From an uncultured Alphaproteobacteria bacterium (GTDB lineage Bacteria; Electryoneota; RPQS01): a stretch of DNA of 64,000 nt. The first letter of the stretch is position 1. Each line of letters starts with the position of its first letter. The position numbers were made by a program, and so were the translations under genes. Positions 1 through 9,623 of the stretch are shown here, piece after piece. The stretch covers positions 1 through 64,000 of the forward strand of contig CAYUIF010000002.1 of the NCBI GenBank assembly GCA_964444755.1. The letters are read 5' to 3'. The notes beneath the pieces were generated by a model. That model made no database searches. It was not told the DNA's origin and saw only the letters and a list, made by a program, of their open reading frames with translations.

Positions 1-175
1 GCTGTAGGGGCGGTTCGCGAACCGCCCGCGGGTCGTTCTCGAACGACCCCTACCGGATGAAAAATCCTCGCACTTTGTAGGGTCATAATTTGTGATAGTC
101 GCGATCGGGGCCGATTTATCGTGCCCGCTCTTCCGTAGGGGCACAGCGGGCTGTGCCCATTTTCATTCTACGGGG
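1..175. repeat. Cluster of nested GC-rich palindromes (REP-like) at the contig edge
   Basis: The outer arms GTAGGGG...CCCCTAC enclose two perfect inner hairpins (CGGTTCGCGAACCG and GGGTCGTTCTCGAACGACCC). A second set follows, GTGCCCGCT...GGCACAGCGGGCTGTGCC, then a T-run. The GTAGGGGC motif recurs on both strands. Confidence 0.3.
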
Positions 176-249
176 CAACTCTGGAGAGTCACCACCGGGA
201 AGCGGAATCTCTCACTGCGTTCAGGATGATAAACGGCAGTACATGGTAA

Positions 250-288
250 AAACAAAAAGCGGACATCATAGTGATGTCCGCTTTTTCA
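250..288. terminator. Bidirectional intrinsic terminator
   Basis: A perfect 11-bp stem (AGCGGACATCA-TAG-TGATGTCCGCT) is flanked by an A-run on one side and a T-run on the other. Confidence 0.6.
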
Positions 289-304
289 TGGCATGTGGCA
301 GAGG

Positions 305-505
305 CTATGCTTGCGTGTCCACGTGCTGCGCATAGAATCCACCCAGGAATTTTGTGAGCGGATGATCCGCACCGAGCCGCTCCAACTTGCTGAGAAACGG
401 TTGATCGGCAGGCTGCGCAGGTTTTACTTGTGCCTCGGGTGTCTCGTTGGCTTTCTGTGCAACTTGAGCCATGACCGCTCCGGCACTGATTCCTTGAATA
501 TCCAT
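305..505 (-). CDS. Small hypothetical protein (66 aa, A/Q/P-rich)
   Basis: An ATG sits 4 nt after a strong Shine-Dalgarno site (GAAAGGAGGG). The ORF ends 15 nt before the 250-288 terminator hairpin. No family was recognised. Confidence 0.35.
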   Translation of the reverse strand: MDIQGISAGAVMAQVAQKANETPEAQVKPAQPADQPFLSKLERLGADHPLTKFLGGFYAQHVDTQA

Positions 506-604
506 GCGCCCTCCTTTCTCGTTTGTTTTTAGGCTTTCGGATGAGGAATCTATTATCCCGTAAATCAATACTATAGAACGGGTCGCTAACCATAGAAATA
601 CAGA

Positions 605-632
605 CCCTCACTTGTACTATCGTCACGTGAGG
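605..632 (-). terminator. Putative terminator hairpin downstream of the zinc-ribbon gene
   Basis: A 7-bp stem CCCTCAC/GTGAGGG with a 15-nt loop. On the minus strand it is followed by a U-rich stretch. Confidence 0.3.
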
Positions 633-740
633 GCATAAACTTAAATCGGAACTGTCAGATTGGGTCAGGCAAAGTGAAGGGAAAGACGAACTGGCAAGAT
701 TGCATTCCGGCAGGGTCTGGGGACCCTACTCGGCTCGCTT

Positions 741-1949
741 TCATCCATCCAGTCGCTTGCGGCAATAGGAAAGCAGGGGGCGCAGCAAGCGCCGTGTCAA
801 GGCACGGAGGGATTCCACTTTGGATATGATGGCAGCAATCGCCGGGGAGATGTGATAATATATGTTCACGAACCGGCGTCCCCACCGGTGCTGCAATAGC
901 ACTTCATCGCGATAGCGACGGAAGAGCGCCACTTCGTCCGCCAGCGGCGAACCATAGGCGGCGGTGGCGATAAAGCACCGGTTTTCCAGATCGGTATTGA
1001 TCGATACCAGATGCGTAAAGATGCGATCATCCTTCTTCGCGGACACTTCATCGCCGCGAATGCTGAACAACCGCAAAATCTCGTCGGGATCGGAGTCTAC
1101 AATTTTATCGAAATCGAGCTTCGCCTTATGGGGCAGGACCGGTTTGTAGCCGCCGCGATAAGCGCCGTCCGGCGACGACCCGTCAATCATCATGAAGTAT
1201 TGCTGCCCGTTGTAGCTGTATTCCGCCAGCCAGAACGGCCAGTAGATCCGCTTGACGCTCATCTGCGGAAAATAGATATCCTTCACATGAGCGCGATTGC
1301 TGAGCATATCCTTGAGACGGTGCTCCGCCACCTCGAACGACTCGCTGAACGGTTTCAACGGCAGCGTAACATCGAATCCGCTTTTATAATCCGTCAGGGG
1401 AGCCGCCGTGCGGAACTGCAGTACGCTCTGGCAGAAATCTACGTGAACGACCGCGCGCATCTCGTCGAATATTTCGATCATCACGCGCTTGCTGAGGTCT
1501 TCCAGCGATACGTCTTCGCGAGGCGGACTGAAGAAACGATAGGCGGGCGCGGTCATGCGGCGGTTCAATAATTCCGTAGCCGCCAATTGCAACTCACTGA
1601 AGCCGCCGGAAATTGTCCCGCGATTTTGACACCAACCGGAGTATACGCCATTAAACAAGTAAAACGGCCAGTACGCACCTTCGATGTTGGAAATGCGGGC
1701 ACGCTTGGTCAGTTCAGTGGGAATATCTTCGTGATCGCGCTTGAGCCACGTTTCGGCAATCTTACGCGCGGCATCTTCGCTCAATAAACAGCGTGCGATT
1801 TGATCCGGCTTACCGCCGCCGCCCGCCGGACCGGCTTCAATGGGACTGCCGCAATAATCGCAAACCAGGCGCGGTGTCGGGCCGTCCAGTTCCAGCAAGG
1901 CTCCGCAGTGCGAGCATTTGGTTTTATCGGGGGCGGTTTGAAGCTTCAT
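741..1949 (-). CDS. Zinc-ribbon domain protein with a conserved C-terminal '[10 protein letters not shown]' motif region (YdjG-like partner of an SPFH protein)
   Basis: The N-terminus carries CSHCG...CDYCG, a zinc ribbon. The C-terminus carries the motif [28 protein letters not shown]. It is the last gene of a three-gene operon with the SPFH gene, separated from it by 8 nt. Confidence 0.7.
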   Translation of the reverse strand: MKLQTAPDKTKCSHCGALLELDGPTPRLVCDYCGSPIEAGPAGGGGKPDQIARCLLSEDAARKIAETWLKRDHEDIPTELTKRARISNIEGAYWPFYLFNGVYSGWCQNRGTISGGFSELQLAATELLNRRMTAPAYRFFSPPREDVSLEDLSKRVMIEIFDEMRAVVHVDFCQSVLQFRTAAPLTDYKSGFDVTLPLKPFSESFEVAEHRLKDMLSNRAHVKDIYFPQMSVKRIYWPFWLAEYSYNGQQYFMMIDGSSPDGAYRGGYKPVLPHKAKLDFDKIVDSDPDEILRLFSIRGDEVSAKKDDRIFTHLVSINTDLENRCFIATAAYGSPLADEVALFRRYRDEVLLQHRWGRRFVNIYYHISPAIAAIISKVESLRALTRRLLRPLLSYCRKRLDG

Positions 1950-1957
1950 GATTAAAC

Positions 1958-2944
1958 TCAGACTTCGTCAATCAGTTTCTTTTTCATGGCGGTGAATTCA
2001 TCGGCGGTGATCGCGCCTTGATCCAGCAGCTCTTTCAGCTTGCGGATTTTATCCATGACGGTTTCGCGGGTTTGCTGAACGGGTGCGATCCCGGTCTGCA
2101 TCGCCTGCTGCAGATACTGCGGCAGCATGAAACCGAGTCCCATCCCCGCGCCCACGCCGACCCCCGCTCCGGCACTGCCGCCGTTATTCTCCGCCGCCGA
2201 TTCGAGGGCCATTGCCGCTTTGAATTTCATGAACTCATCAAGATTTCCCAACGCGGCAATCGCCGAGCGCATGTCAATGATATTCTGCACGTCATCGGGC
2301 AATGAGATTGCATTGATGTAGAAATCCTGCAAGGTCAAGCCCAGCGCCGTGAAATCATCGGTTAAACTGTTGCGCGTGACTAACGCCAGCCGGTTGAAAT
2401 CGCTGGGCAGATCGAACACGGTTTTCAACTCGTTGCCCAGCACGTCGGTCAGCTTGGCGACGATGATATTGCGCAGATAGTTGCCGATGGTTTCGTCGTA
2501 GTATAAGCCTTCGGTTCCCACGATTTTATTGAGAAACAGCATGGGATCGGCAATCTGCATGGAGTATACGCCGTGCGAACGCAGCCGTACCATCTTCAAT
2601 TCGTTGTCACGGAAGACAATCGCCGTCGGAGTTCCCCACTTCAGATTCGTGAAGAGCTTCCTGTTGAGGAAATAGACTTCCGCGCGGAACGGCGAATCGG
2701 GTCCGTATCCGAATGACGTCGCCCATTTGGCTACGACCGGCAAATTGGGCGTGCGCAGCACGTGGCGGCCCAGACCGAACACTTCCAATGCGCGACCGTC
2801 CCGGAAGAAGACCGCCGATTGGCTCTCGCGCACGGTAAGCTGCGCGCCCCATTTCACTTCGCAGGGTCCGTCGTCGGGAACCCGCTTGACCATTGTTTTC
2901 CCCGAGTCATCGAGAAACTCGAGGACTTCCATGAGCCTCGGCAT
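1958..2944 (-). CDS. SPFH/Band-7 (flotillin-like, Band_7_1 type) protein with a C-terminal SHOCT domain
   Basis: The SPFH core spans about 250 aa. A Gly-rich linker ([15 protein letters not shown]) follows. The C-terminus reads '[17 protein letters not shown]', a SHOCT motif. Its start overlaps the upstream gene's stop (ATGA). Confidence 0.85.
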   Translation of the reverse strand: MPRLMEVLEFLDDSGKTMVKRVPDDGPCEVKWGAQLTVRESQSAVFFRDGRALEVFGLGRHVLRTPNLPVVAKWATSFGYGPDSPFRAEVYFLNRKLFTNLKWGTPTAIVFRDNELKMVRLRSHGVYSMQIADPMLFLNKIVGTEGLYYDETIGNYLRNIIVAKLTDVLGNELKTVFDLPSDFNRLALVTRNSLTDDFTALGLTLQDFYINAISLPDDVQNIIDMRSAIAALGNLDEFMKFKAAMALESAAENNGGSAGAGVGVGAGMGLGFMLPQYLQQAMQTGIAPVQQTRETVMDKIRKLKELLDQGAITADEFTAMKKKLIDEV

Positions 2945-3408
2945 CAGTTGAACTCCCGGATGAATTCGTTGCGTTCTTCAAACATGCGATTGATTCGGTC
3001 AACCACCGTGATAATGTCTTTCGTCGCCAGATCATCGATGCGTTCGTTCAGTTCGGACACGACTTCCATCAGCTGTAAATCGTGCTGCAATATTCGATTG
3101 AGGTCCGTCTCGCTCAAGCGCTTTTCGCTGGTTATGCCGGATGTGCCCAGCGGCGCATAACGTACGCGATCTGCCAACGTGTTGAGCAGGCGGCGGCAGT
3201 GTTCGAGTTCCATCATGAGATCTTTGTTGATGCCACTGAGCTCCCGACCCAATCGGGACTGAACGGCCGTTTCGCAGCGCAGCAGCGCGCCGGCAATGCG
3301 GGTGCGTAAACGCGTGTCCGACTTGCGCTGGGCTTGCCGGTCCGCATAACCGGCATAGCCGGGAATCAGCGAGAGTATGCGGTCGAAGATGGTCGTTGAC
3401 TGTGCCAT
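2944..3408 (-). CDS. Hypothetical coiled-coil protein, first gene of the SPFH operon
   Basis: The ATG at 3408 is preceded by a GGAGAC ribosome-binding site. The first 'M' in the ORF track is a TTG codon. The stop overlaps the SPFH start. Confidence 0.6.
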   Translation of the reverse strand: MAQSTTIFDRILSLIPGYAGYADRQAQRKSDTRLRTRIAGALLRCETAVQSRLGRELSGINKDLMMELEHCRRLLNTLADRVRYAPLGTSGITSEKRLSETDLNRILQHDLQLMEVVSELNERIDDLATKDIITVVDRINRMFEERNEFIREFN

Positions 3409-3572
3409 CAAGGGTCTCCACGATTAAATCAGCATCCGTTTCGTTGCGATTGCACACAGATCTCGCAGTTCTTTTGAGCAACTCGTGTGCCACGCAGCAG
3501 CAATCTTGGAGACTAAAAATAAAGAGGGTCAGTCCGATAGACTGACCCTCTGATGTGTCTGATCGTATTCCG

Positions 3573-4109
3573 TTAGTGTCCGGTGCCTTTATGCTGCATA
3601 TCCGTTTTTTCGGATTTCTCTTTGACCGGCATCTTGTTCATCTGAGCGGCATCAATCATACTCAGATATTTGGCCGGATCACTTTCGAAGGTCTTTACGC
3701 AGCCGCCGCAGCAGAATCTGACCAAGCGATTTTCGTAAACATAATTGAATGGTTCACCCATTTCGCCCAATTTCTCGCCCGTAACGACGCAGGTTTCCAG
3801 CGGATAGTTGTCCTTCTGCGAAGCGATAATCGCAGTATCGAGCTTCTTCATCCACTGCGCCTGGTCCTTTTCGAAGGTTTTCACACAAGCGTTGCAGCAG
3901 AATTTCACTTCCCGACCGTCGTACATTTTCACTACCGGCTTGCCCATCTCGCCCAATTTCTCGCCGGTCACGAGGCAATAATCCAGCGGATAGGCGGAAG
4001 CGTTCATGGCTACGTTTGGTTTGGCTTCCGGCGAATCAGCGGCGAAGGCAGTGGTTAGTGACGCTAACACGATACTCACAACGATCATTGACAAAGAAAT
4101 CTTTCGCAT
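3573..4109 (-). CDS. Secreted tandem YHS/TRASH-like metal-binding domain protein
   Basis: A signal peptide (MRKISLSMIVVSIVLASLTTAFA) precedes two copies of C-VTGEKLGEMG-x-P...R-V-FCC-x-C-VKTFE-x-DPA-x-Y. A GGAG site sits 8 nt before the internal ATG at 4109. Confidence 0.7.
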   Translation of the reverse strand: MRKISLSMIVVSIVLASLTTAFAADSPEAKPNVAMNASAYPLDYCLVTGEKLGEMGKPVVKMYDGREVKFCCNACVKTFEKDQAQWMKKLDTAIIASQKDNYPLETCVVTGEKLGEMGEPFNYVYENRLVRFCCGGCVKTFESDPAKYLSMIDAAQMNKMPVKEKSEKTDMQHKGTGH

Positions 4110-4412
4110 TGCTTTCTCCAATATCTTGACCATGCTATCTTGATTGTTGAACGGGAATAGATGGAGAATGTTCCGAAGGAATGGCAGATAGACAAAGATT
4201 AGTTATTTAGAAATCAAAGCAAATATGTTGACTGGGCAAGGGGTCAATATTTATAGTTAGAGCAAGTTGTCGCATTTATATTTATCTATTATTTAAATAT
4301 TTATATGCAAACATCAGGTTCAGACGCGAATGGTTATCATAAGCGACATCGAAAAATATTGAAAAATTACTTCGTATTGTATATATTATAGGAGTCAAAT
4401 CCTTGGATCTAT

Positions 4413-4937
4413 ATGAGCTACCCGGAAAAAGTTGAACGTGTTCTTACCACCCTTCGGCGGGTAATTCGCGGATTGGATTCTCATTCCCGGCAGATCTCTC
4501 AGCATCGGGGTCTGACCGTCCCCCAAATCCTGATCATGCGGGAAATGAATCGGCGCGGTTCGGTTTCGGTGGGCGATCTGGCGCGCGAAGTGAGCCTTAG
4601 CCAAGCCACCGTTACCAGCATTCTTGATCGTCTGGAGCATCGGAACTTGGTCCAGCGTAGCCGTGGCCGACAGGATAAACGCACGGTCTGGGTGGAATTG
4701 ACGGCGGAAGGCCGAACCGTTTTGGAAACCGCACCGCCGCTGCTGCAGGAGAAGTTCGTGAAATCCTTCGGTGAACTGAAAGATTGGGAACAAACGCAGA
4801 TTCTGGCATCCCTTGAACGGATTGCGGACATGATGGGTATTGCCGAAGAGAACGCGGCCCCGGTGCTGATGACCGGACCGATTGCCCCGGCCCCCGCGGA
4901 TGCGGCAACGGTACAGCCCGTTTCCCCGTCACAATAA
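4413..4937 (+). CDS. MarR-family transcriptional regulator
   Basis: A winged-helix region (LTVPQILIMREM..GSVSVGDLAREVSLSQATVTSILDRLE..LV.R......DKR.V) is typical of MarR. The gene is divergent from the YHS-domain gene. Confidence 0.85.
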   Translation: MSYPEKVERVLTTLRRVIRGLDSHSRQISQHRGLTVPQILIMREMNRRGSVSVGDLAREVSLSQATVTSILDRLEHRNLVQRSRGRQDKRTVWVELTAEGRTVLETAPPLLQEKFVKSFGELKDWEQTQILASLERIADMMGIAEENAAPVLMTGPIAPAPADAATVQPVSPSQ

Positions 4938-4964
4938 GCAGTCAATTAACATGAGGAATAACGA

Positions 4965-5420
4965 ATGACGATCGAAAACGCAACCTTTCTGAAAATTACT
5001 GAACCGAATCAATTTCCGACATGGGCAACCCGCGACCAAGTCGCGCGGTTTTTCCACGAAACCATGAAACCCTATCACGACTCCATTCCCGATATCGAAC
5101 GCGCGCTCGATTATGCGTTCTCGAAAGAAAAAGGCGAAGGCGGTTTTCTAATGCTGGCTCAACTGGATGGCAAACTGGCCGGAGCGCTGTTGATGCTGAA
5201 TACCGGGATGAAAGGCTATATCCCGGAAAACATATTGTTGTTCGTAACGATTGATCCGCAGTTGCACGGCCACGGCTTGGGCGGAGTACTGGTCAAACGC
5301 TGTATTGACGAGTGCGACGGCAGCGTTAAGCTGCATGTGGATTACGATAATCCGGCCCGCCGTCTCTATGAGCGGCTGGGATTTAAGAGCAAATATGCGG
5401 AAATGAGGTATCTGCGATGA
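4965..5420 (+). CDS. GNAT-family N-acetyltransferase
   Basis: The acetyl-CoA-binding motif (Q-LHGHGLGGVLVKRCID) and the C-terminal 'RLYERLGF' are both present. A GAGGAA ribosome-binding site precedes the start. Confidence 0.8.
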   Translation: MTIENATFLKITEPNQFPTWATRDQVARFFHETMKPYHDSIPDIERALDYAFSKEKGEGGFLMLAQLDGKLAGALLMLNTGMKGYIPENILLFVTIDPQLHGHGLGGVLVKRCIDECDGSVKLHVDYDNPARRLYERLGFKSKYAEMRYLR

Positions 5421-6586
5421 ACCGGGTGACCATCCATCTCGATGCGCTTCGCCACAACATCCAGCAAATCCATCATTGGCTGGAGGAGCACGGCGCGAGT
5501 TGGACGCTGGTGACCAAAGTCCTCTGCGGACATACGGATACTTTGAAAGGACTGCAGACCATCGGCGTTCGCTGCATGGGAGATACGCGGCTTAGCAATC
5601 TGCGGGCAATTGAGAAGATTGTGCCCGATCTGGAATCATGGTATTTGCGGCCGCCGCACCTTTCAGCCATCCGTGACATCGTAAGTTTGACGGATGTCAG
5701 CCTCAATACCGAGCGGCAGATCATGGAAGCGTTGAACGACGAGGCGATCCGTCAAAACAAGATCCATCGCGTGATCGTGATGATCGAATTAGGCGATTTG
5801 CGCGAGGGGGTGCTGCCCGGTTCGCTGACGGATTTCTATAATGCGATCCTCCATCTTTCCAATATCGAAGTCCTCGGCATCGGCGCCAATCTCGGCTGTC
5901 TGTCGGGAGCGGTTCCGAACATTGATATGCTGACGCAACTCGCGCTGTATCATGAACTGCTGGAATTGAAATTCAATAAAAAACTGCCGCCTATTTCGGC
6001 TGGATCGAGCCTGATGCTGCCGCTATTGCGAATGGGGCAAATTCCCAAAGCGGTTAATCACTTTCGAGTCGGCGAAGCCGTTTTCTTAGGCAACGATTTA
6101 ATCCACGGCGGAACGATGGACGGGCTGCGGGATGACGCCATTTTGCTGGAAGCGGAAGTCGTAGAAATCAAGCAGAAGAGTTTGGTGCCGGTGGGTGAAA
6201 CATCATCCGTCACACCTTTTGAAATGATCGCGCCCGACGATACGGCGATCCCGGGCCAGCGTGGCTATCGCGCGATTGTAGCGGTCGGTCAGCTTGATAC
6301 GGAAGTATCGGGCTTGACGCCCTTGAATCCGCGCTTCAAGATTGCCGGAGCCAGCAGCGATTTGACGGTGGTCAATATCGGCGAAGGCGCGGGCGGGTTG
6401 AAGATCGGTGATACGATATCTTTCCGACCGAATTATGCGGCGCTGCTCAGACTGATGAGCGGACGCTACATTACCCGCGAGGTTGTTCCCAACGTGGAGA
6501 CATTTTCGGATTCATTTCTTGGTGAACAGCGCGTCGAAGTCACTCCCAGTCTCGATAACATTCAAACGGACGAAACGTCACCTTAA
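5417..6586 (+). CDS. PLP-dependent amino-acid racemase-like enzyme (alanine racemase N-terminal domain family, YhfX/ornithine-racemase-like)
   Basis: A Lys in 'LVTKVLCGH' sits in the alanine-racemase position. The size is right and a C-terminal beta domain is present. The start overlaps the GNAT stop (ATGA). Confidence 0.65.
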   Translation: MNRVTIHLDALRHNIQQIHHWLEEHGASWTLVTKVLCGHTDTLKGLQTIGVRCMGDTRLSNLRAIEKIVPDLESWYLRPPHLSAIRDIVSLTDVSLNTERQIMEALNDEAIRQNKIHRVIVMIELGDLREGVLPGSLTDFYNAILHLSNIEVLGIGANLGCLSGAVPNIDMLTQLALYHELLELKFNKKLPPISAGSSLMLPLLRMGQIPKAVNHFRVGEAVFLGNDLIHGGTMDGLRDDAILLEAEVVEIKQKSLVPVGETSSVTPFEMIAPDDTAIPGQRGYRAIVAVGQLDTEVSGLTPLNPRFKIAGASSDLTVVNIGEGAGGLKIGDTISFRPNYAALLRLMSGRYITREVVPNVETFSDSFLGEQRVEVTPSLDNIQTDETSP

Positions 6587-6673
6587 AAACCACGTACGAC
6601 TCAGACCGGCCGGATCGGCAGGAGGCAGCTTATCAGCGACGTCTGGATTCAATGGGGCATTATTGCGGCTTAC

Positions 6674-8053
6674 ATGGCTTTCATCTTCGGAAAGGGAGTG
6701 TTCAAAGCCAAACGCATTCATGATTCCGACGATTTCTTGGTCGCGGGCCGCAATGTCAGTTGGCTGCTGCTGTTTGCGACGATGGGTGCCACCGTTATCG
6801 GCGGGGGGTATTCCATCGGCGCGGTGGGAAAGACCTACGAGTGGGGAGTTCTCATGCTGCTGGTATCCACCGGCGGATACCTGCATTTTATTTTCTCCGG
6901 TCTGGTGGTGGCGCCGAAGTTTCGCGAAGCCGAACTCTACACTGTCGCCGGATATTTCGGCCATCGCTTCGGAGAGGGACCGCGCTTTGCCGTTCTGATT
7001 CTATCATTGTTGTTTTCGGTGTTCATTATCGCCGCGCAAATGGCGGCGTTCGGCACAGTACTTTCGACCATTTTGCCCAGCTTTACCGACGCTCACGTTG
7101 ATATTCGCTGGGCAATTTTGATTGGCGGGCTATTGGTCGTGATTTACAGCACGGCGGGCGGATTGCTGGCGGTAATTTATACCGATATCTATCAGTTCAT
7201 TATTCTGTTTACTGGATTTCTGGTGACGCTGGCGTATGCCGTGCCTGATCTGGTGGGAAACTGGAATTCCGTGATCAAATCGGTTTCACCGGAGTTTTTC
7301 AAATTGGACGGCGGCAAGGGCTACGCGTTTCTGATCACAACTTTCTTGGCATTTCTCCTCGGCGAGACCTTCGCGCCCGGTTATGCGACGCGCTACTGCA
7401 TCGGTCGCAATAAAGCTCATACGCGATGGGGAATCGCCGGAGTCGGGTTTTTCTTAGCCTTCACGTTTCCGGTGATTCTCTTCTTTATCGCGCTCTATGC
7501 GCGGGAACATTTCCCGAATATTGACCCGCAGCAAGCTCTGCCGTTTGCCCTTCAGGAATTGCATAATCCATGGATTGCCGGATTGATGATCGCCGCGTTG
7601 CTGAGTGCGGTCATGTCGTCGGCGGATTCAGCCCTTAACTCATCCACCGCAATCTTCGTCAAAGATTTATTTGAACATCAATTGGGCTGGAAGCACAAGG
7701 GCGACCGCTATATCTTGCGGCTGGCCCGGATTTGGACGGCGATCCTTGGTGTGAGCGCCATTCTCATTGCAATCCTATGGAATGATATTATCGGTTTGTT
7801 GCTGTTCACTTATCATGTATGGGCACCGGCAATCATTCTGCCGGTCATCGTCGGTACCACTACTAAAACCCGGTCGCGGGCGATAAACTTGAATATCCTG
7901 ATTACGATGATCACTGCCACGGTGGCAACCTCCGTCTATCGCGCCACACCCTATGCGGCATCCTTTGATCCGGCGGTGTTTGGGGTAGGTGTCTCTTGCG
8001 TTACATATTTCTCGCTGCGGTTGTGGTTTCGGTTTGCTCCACCGAGATTATAA
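6674..8053 (+). CDS. Sodium:solute symporter (SSS family) transporter
   Basis: Multiple TM helices and an SSS N-terminal signature (DDFLVAGRNVSW) are present. The real N-terminus probably lies upstream of 6674, because the first TM helix is encoded in-frame upstream without a canonical start codon. Confidence 0.8.
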   Translation: MAFIFGKGVFKAKRIHDSDDFLVAGRNVSWLLLFATMGATVIGGGYSIGAVGKTYEWGVLMLLVSTGGYLHFIFSGLVVAPKFREAELYTVAGYFGHRFGEGPRFAVLILSLLFSVFIIAAQMAAFGTVLSTILPSFTDAHVDIRWAILIGGLLVVIYSTAGGLLAVIYTDIYQFIILFTGFLVTLAYAVPDLVGNWNSVIKSVSPEFFKLDGGKGYAFLITTFLAFLLGETFAPGYATRYCIGRNKAHTRWGIAGVGFFLAFTFPVILFFIALYAREHFPNIDPQQALPFALQELHNPWIAGLMIAALLSAVMSSADSALNSSTAIFVKDLFEHQLGWKHKGDRYILRLARIWTAILGVSAILIAILWNDIIGLLLFTYHVWAPAIILPVIVGTTTKTRSRAINLNILITMITATVATSVYRATPYAASFDPAVFGVGVSCVTYFSLRLWFRFAPPRL

Positions 8054-8137
8054 GCTCATTGCACACAAGATATTCACCGATAAGTACCGGTGATATCGTC
8101 GGTGTTTAAATGGATTCAACAAGTTCTGATAAAGATC

Positions 8138-8166
8138 TTGACAAAACCCTCGATTGTATATAGATT
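8138..8166 (+). promoter_or_regulatory. Sigma70-like promoter (TTGACA-N17-TAGATT)
   Basis: The -35 box TTGACA is at 8138 and the -10 box TAGATT at 8161. It lies upstream of the outer-membrane protein gene. Confidence 0.4.
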
Positions 8167-8198
8167 ATGCCAAAACTGTATCAACGCAAGAGGCGGGA

Positions 8199-8774
8199 AT
8201 GAAACATATTTTACTCGTAGTTTGCTGTCTCTTTTTGGTGGCAGCGGCAACCGCCGGGACCTATTCCTTGGGAGTGGGAGCTTACGGCGGTTATGATATG
8301 CCGGTTATTCAGGATGACGTGGGCGCCGGTCCCATGTGGTCGGTGGGCGTGCGCGGCAATCTCTGGCACTTTATTCATGGACAATTATTCGTTCGTGGCA
8401 CTTCGCAGGGTGATGTTGACGAAGAACTTGAATTCGGCAACCAGACCGAAACCCTGACCTACAAAGGTGGAACTCTTACCGGATTCGGTTTGAATGCACT
8501 GTTCGCCAGAAAGGATGCCGCAAGTATTTGGCCGTATGGATTGATCGGTATCTCCAGCAATTCCCTTTCCTTTGGCGATAGTTTTAAGGAGGATGATACA
8601 TTGATCGGGTGGGCGTTCGGCGGTGGTATGGGGATCAATCTTTATGAACGGAAGGTATTTCTCGATATCAATACCGCTTTTCTGCTGATGCCGTTCCACG
8701 ATAATAAGGCATCGCGCAAGAACTGGCAGTCGCTGATCGGTATTCAGTATTTCATCCCCATTACCAACCGCTAA
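8199..8774 (+). CDS. Outer-membrane beta-barrel protein (OmpA-like/porin-family beta-barrel)
   Basis: A signal peptide (MKHILLVVCCLFLVAAATA) is followed by alternating hydrophobic beta-strands. The C-terminus 'IGIQYFIPI' looks like a beta-barrel signal. Confidence 0.65.
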   Translation: MKHILLVVCCLFLVAAATAGTYSLGVGAYGGYDMPVIQDDVGAGPMWSVGVRGNLWHFIHGQLFVRGTSQGDVDEELEFGNQTETLTYKGGTLTGFGLNALFARKDAASIWPYGLIGISSNSLSFGDSFKEDDTLIGWAFGGGMGINLYERKVFLDINTAFLLMPFHDNKASRKNWQSLIGIQYFIPITNR

Positions 8775-8789
8775 CCGAGGAGAAGACCC

Positions 8790-9374
8790 ATGAAGAAGCT
8801 ATCCATTCTGATCGCGCTGGCGGCGCTCCTCACAACTGCGGTTTTTATGGGAGGCTGCGGTCTGGTTTCGGGCACAGTGTTTATTTCGCAGGAAGTGGAT
8901 GGGAGTCTGGAAGCACAGGCTGGGGCGGCATCGATGCTTGCCGAACGCGGAACACCGACGCTGGATGATCAATTCGGCGGGGCGAAAGTCGATTTGCGAG
9001 ACAATTCCGATTGGCAGGACATTGATATTGACGGCATCGAAGATATCTGCGTCCGACTCACCGCTATCAATCTTCTGGATCAAGAGGTATCTGGTGAGGC
9101 ATGGATAACGGTCGGTGAGGATAGTACCTTTGCCGACATTGCAGCGGTTCAGGCGGCAGGAGGATTCCGAATTTTCTCCGGTTTGCTTATGGGACCAGAT
9201 ACCACATTGACGTATCCCTGCAGCGAAACATTCCGGCTGTTCGAGAACCTCGACAAGTTGGTGGATGCTGTGAAAGAGGGGGTTTTCTGGGTATGGGGCC
9301 GCGGTGATCAGTCCACATATCATATCAGATACGAAGCCATCTATCTGGGGATGCACGTGACCGGCAGCATTTGA
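8790..9374 (+). CDS. Hypothetical lipoprotein
   Basis: A signal peptide carries the lipobox FMGGC. A GAGGAGAA ribosome-binding site precedes the start. Confidence 0.6.
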   Translation: MKKLSILIALAALLTTAVFMGGCGLVSGTVFISQEVDGSLEAQAGAASMLAERGTPTLDDQFGGAKVDLRDNSDWQDIDIDGIEDICVRLTAINLLDQEVSGEAWITVGEDSTFADIAAVQAAGGFRIFSGLLMGPDTTLTYPCSETFRLFENLDKLVDAVKEGVFWVWGRGDQSTYHIRYEAIYLGMHVTGSI

Positions 9375-9463
9375 TCCAGTACTTGACTGCGTTTTGCGCC
9401 CGGTTCGATGAGCCGGGCGCTCCCGTTTACGGGTCTATTAAATTGGAATTTCAAGAATCAGCT

Positions 9464-9492
9464 TGACATTTTAACTCGGAAACATTATACTC
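9464..9492 (+). promoter_or_regulatory. Consensus sigma70-like promoter for tRNA-Lys (TTGACA-17-TATACT)
   Basis: The spacing is exact, and the -10 box ends 13 nt before the tRNA 5' end. Confidence 0.5.
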
Positions 9493-9505
9493 AAGGTTTA
9501 TTTCG

Positions 9506-9581
<76 letters not shown>

Positions 9582-9588
9582 TCTAAAG

Positions 9589-9623
9589 AGCTTGTAAGTT
9601 AGTAGCTTACAAGCTTACTTTTT
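9589..9623 (+). terminator. Intrinsic terminator after tRNA-Lys
   Basis: A perfect 10-bp stem (AGCTTGTAAG-TTAGTAG-CTTACAAGCT) is followed by TTTTT. Confidence 0.6.
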
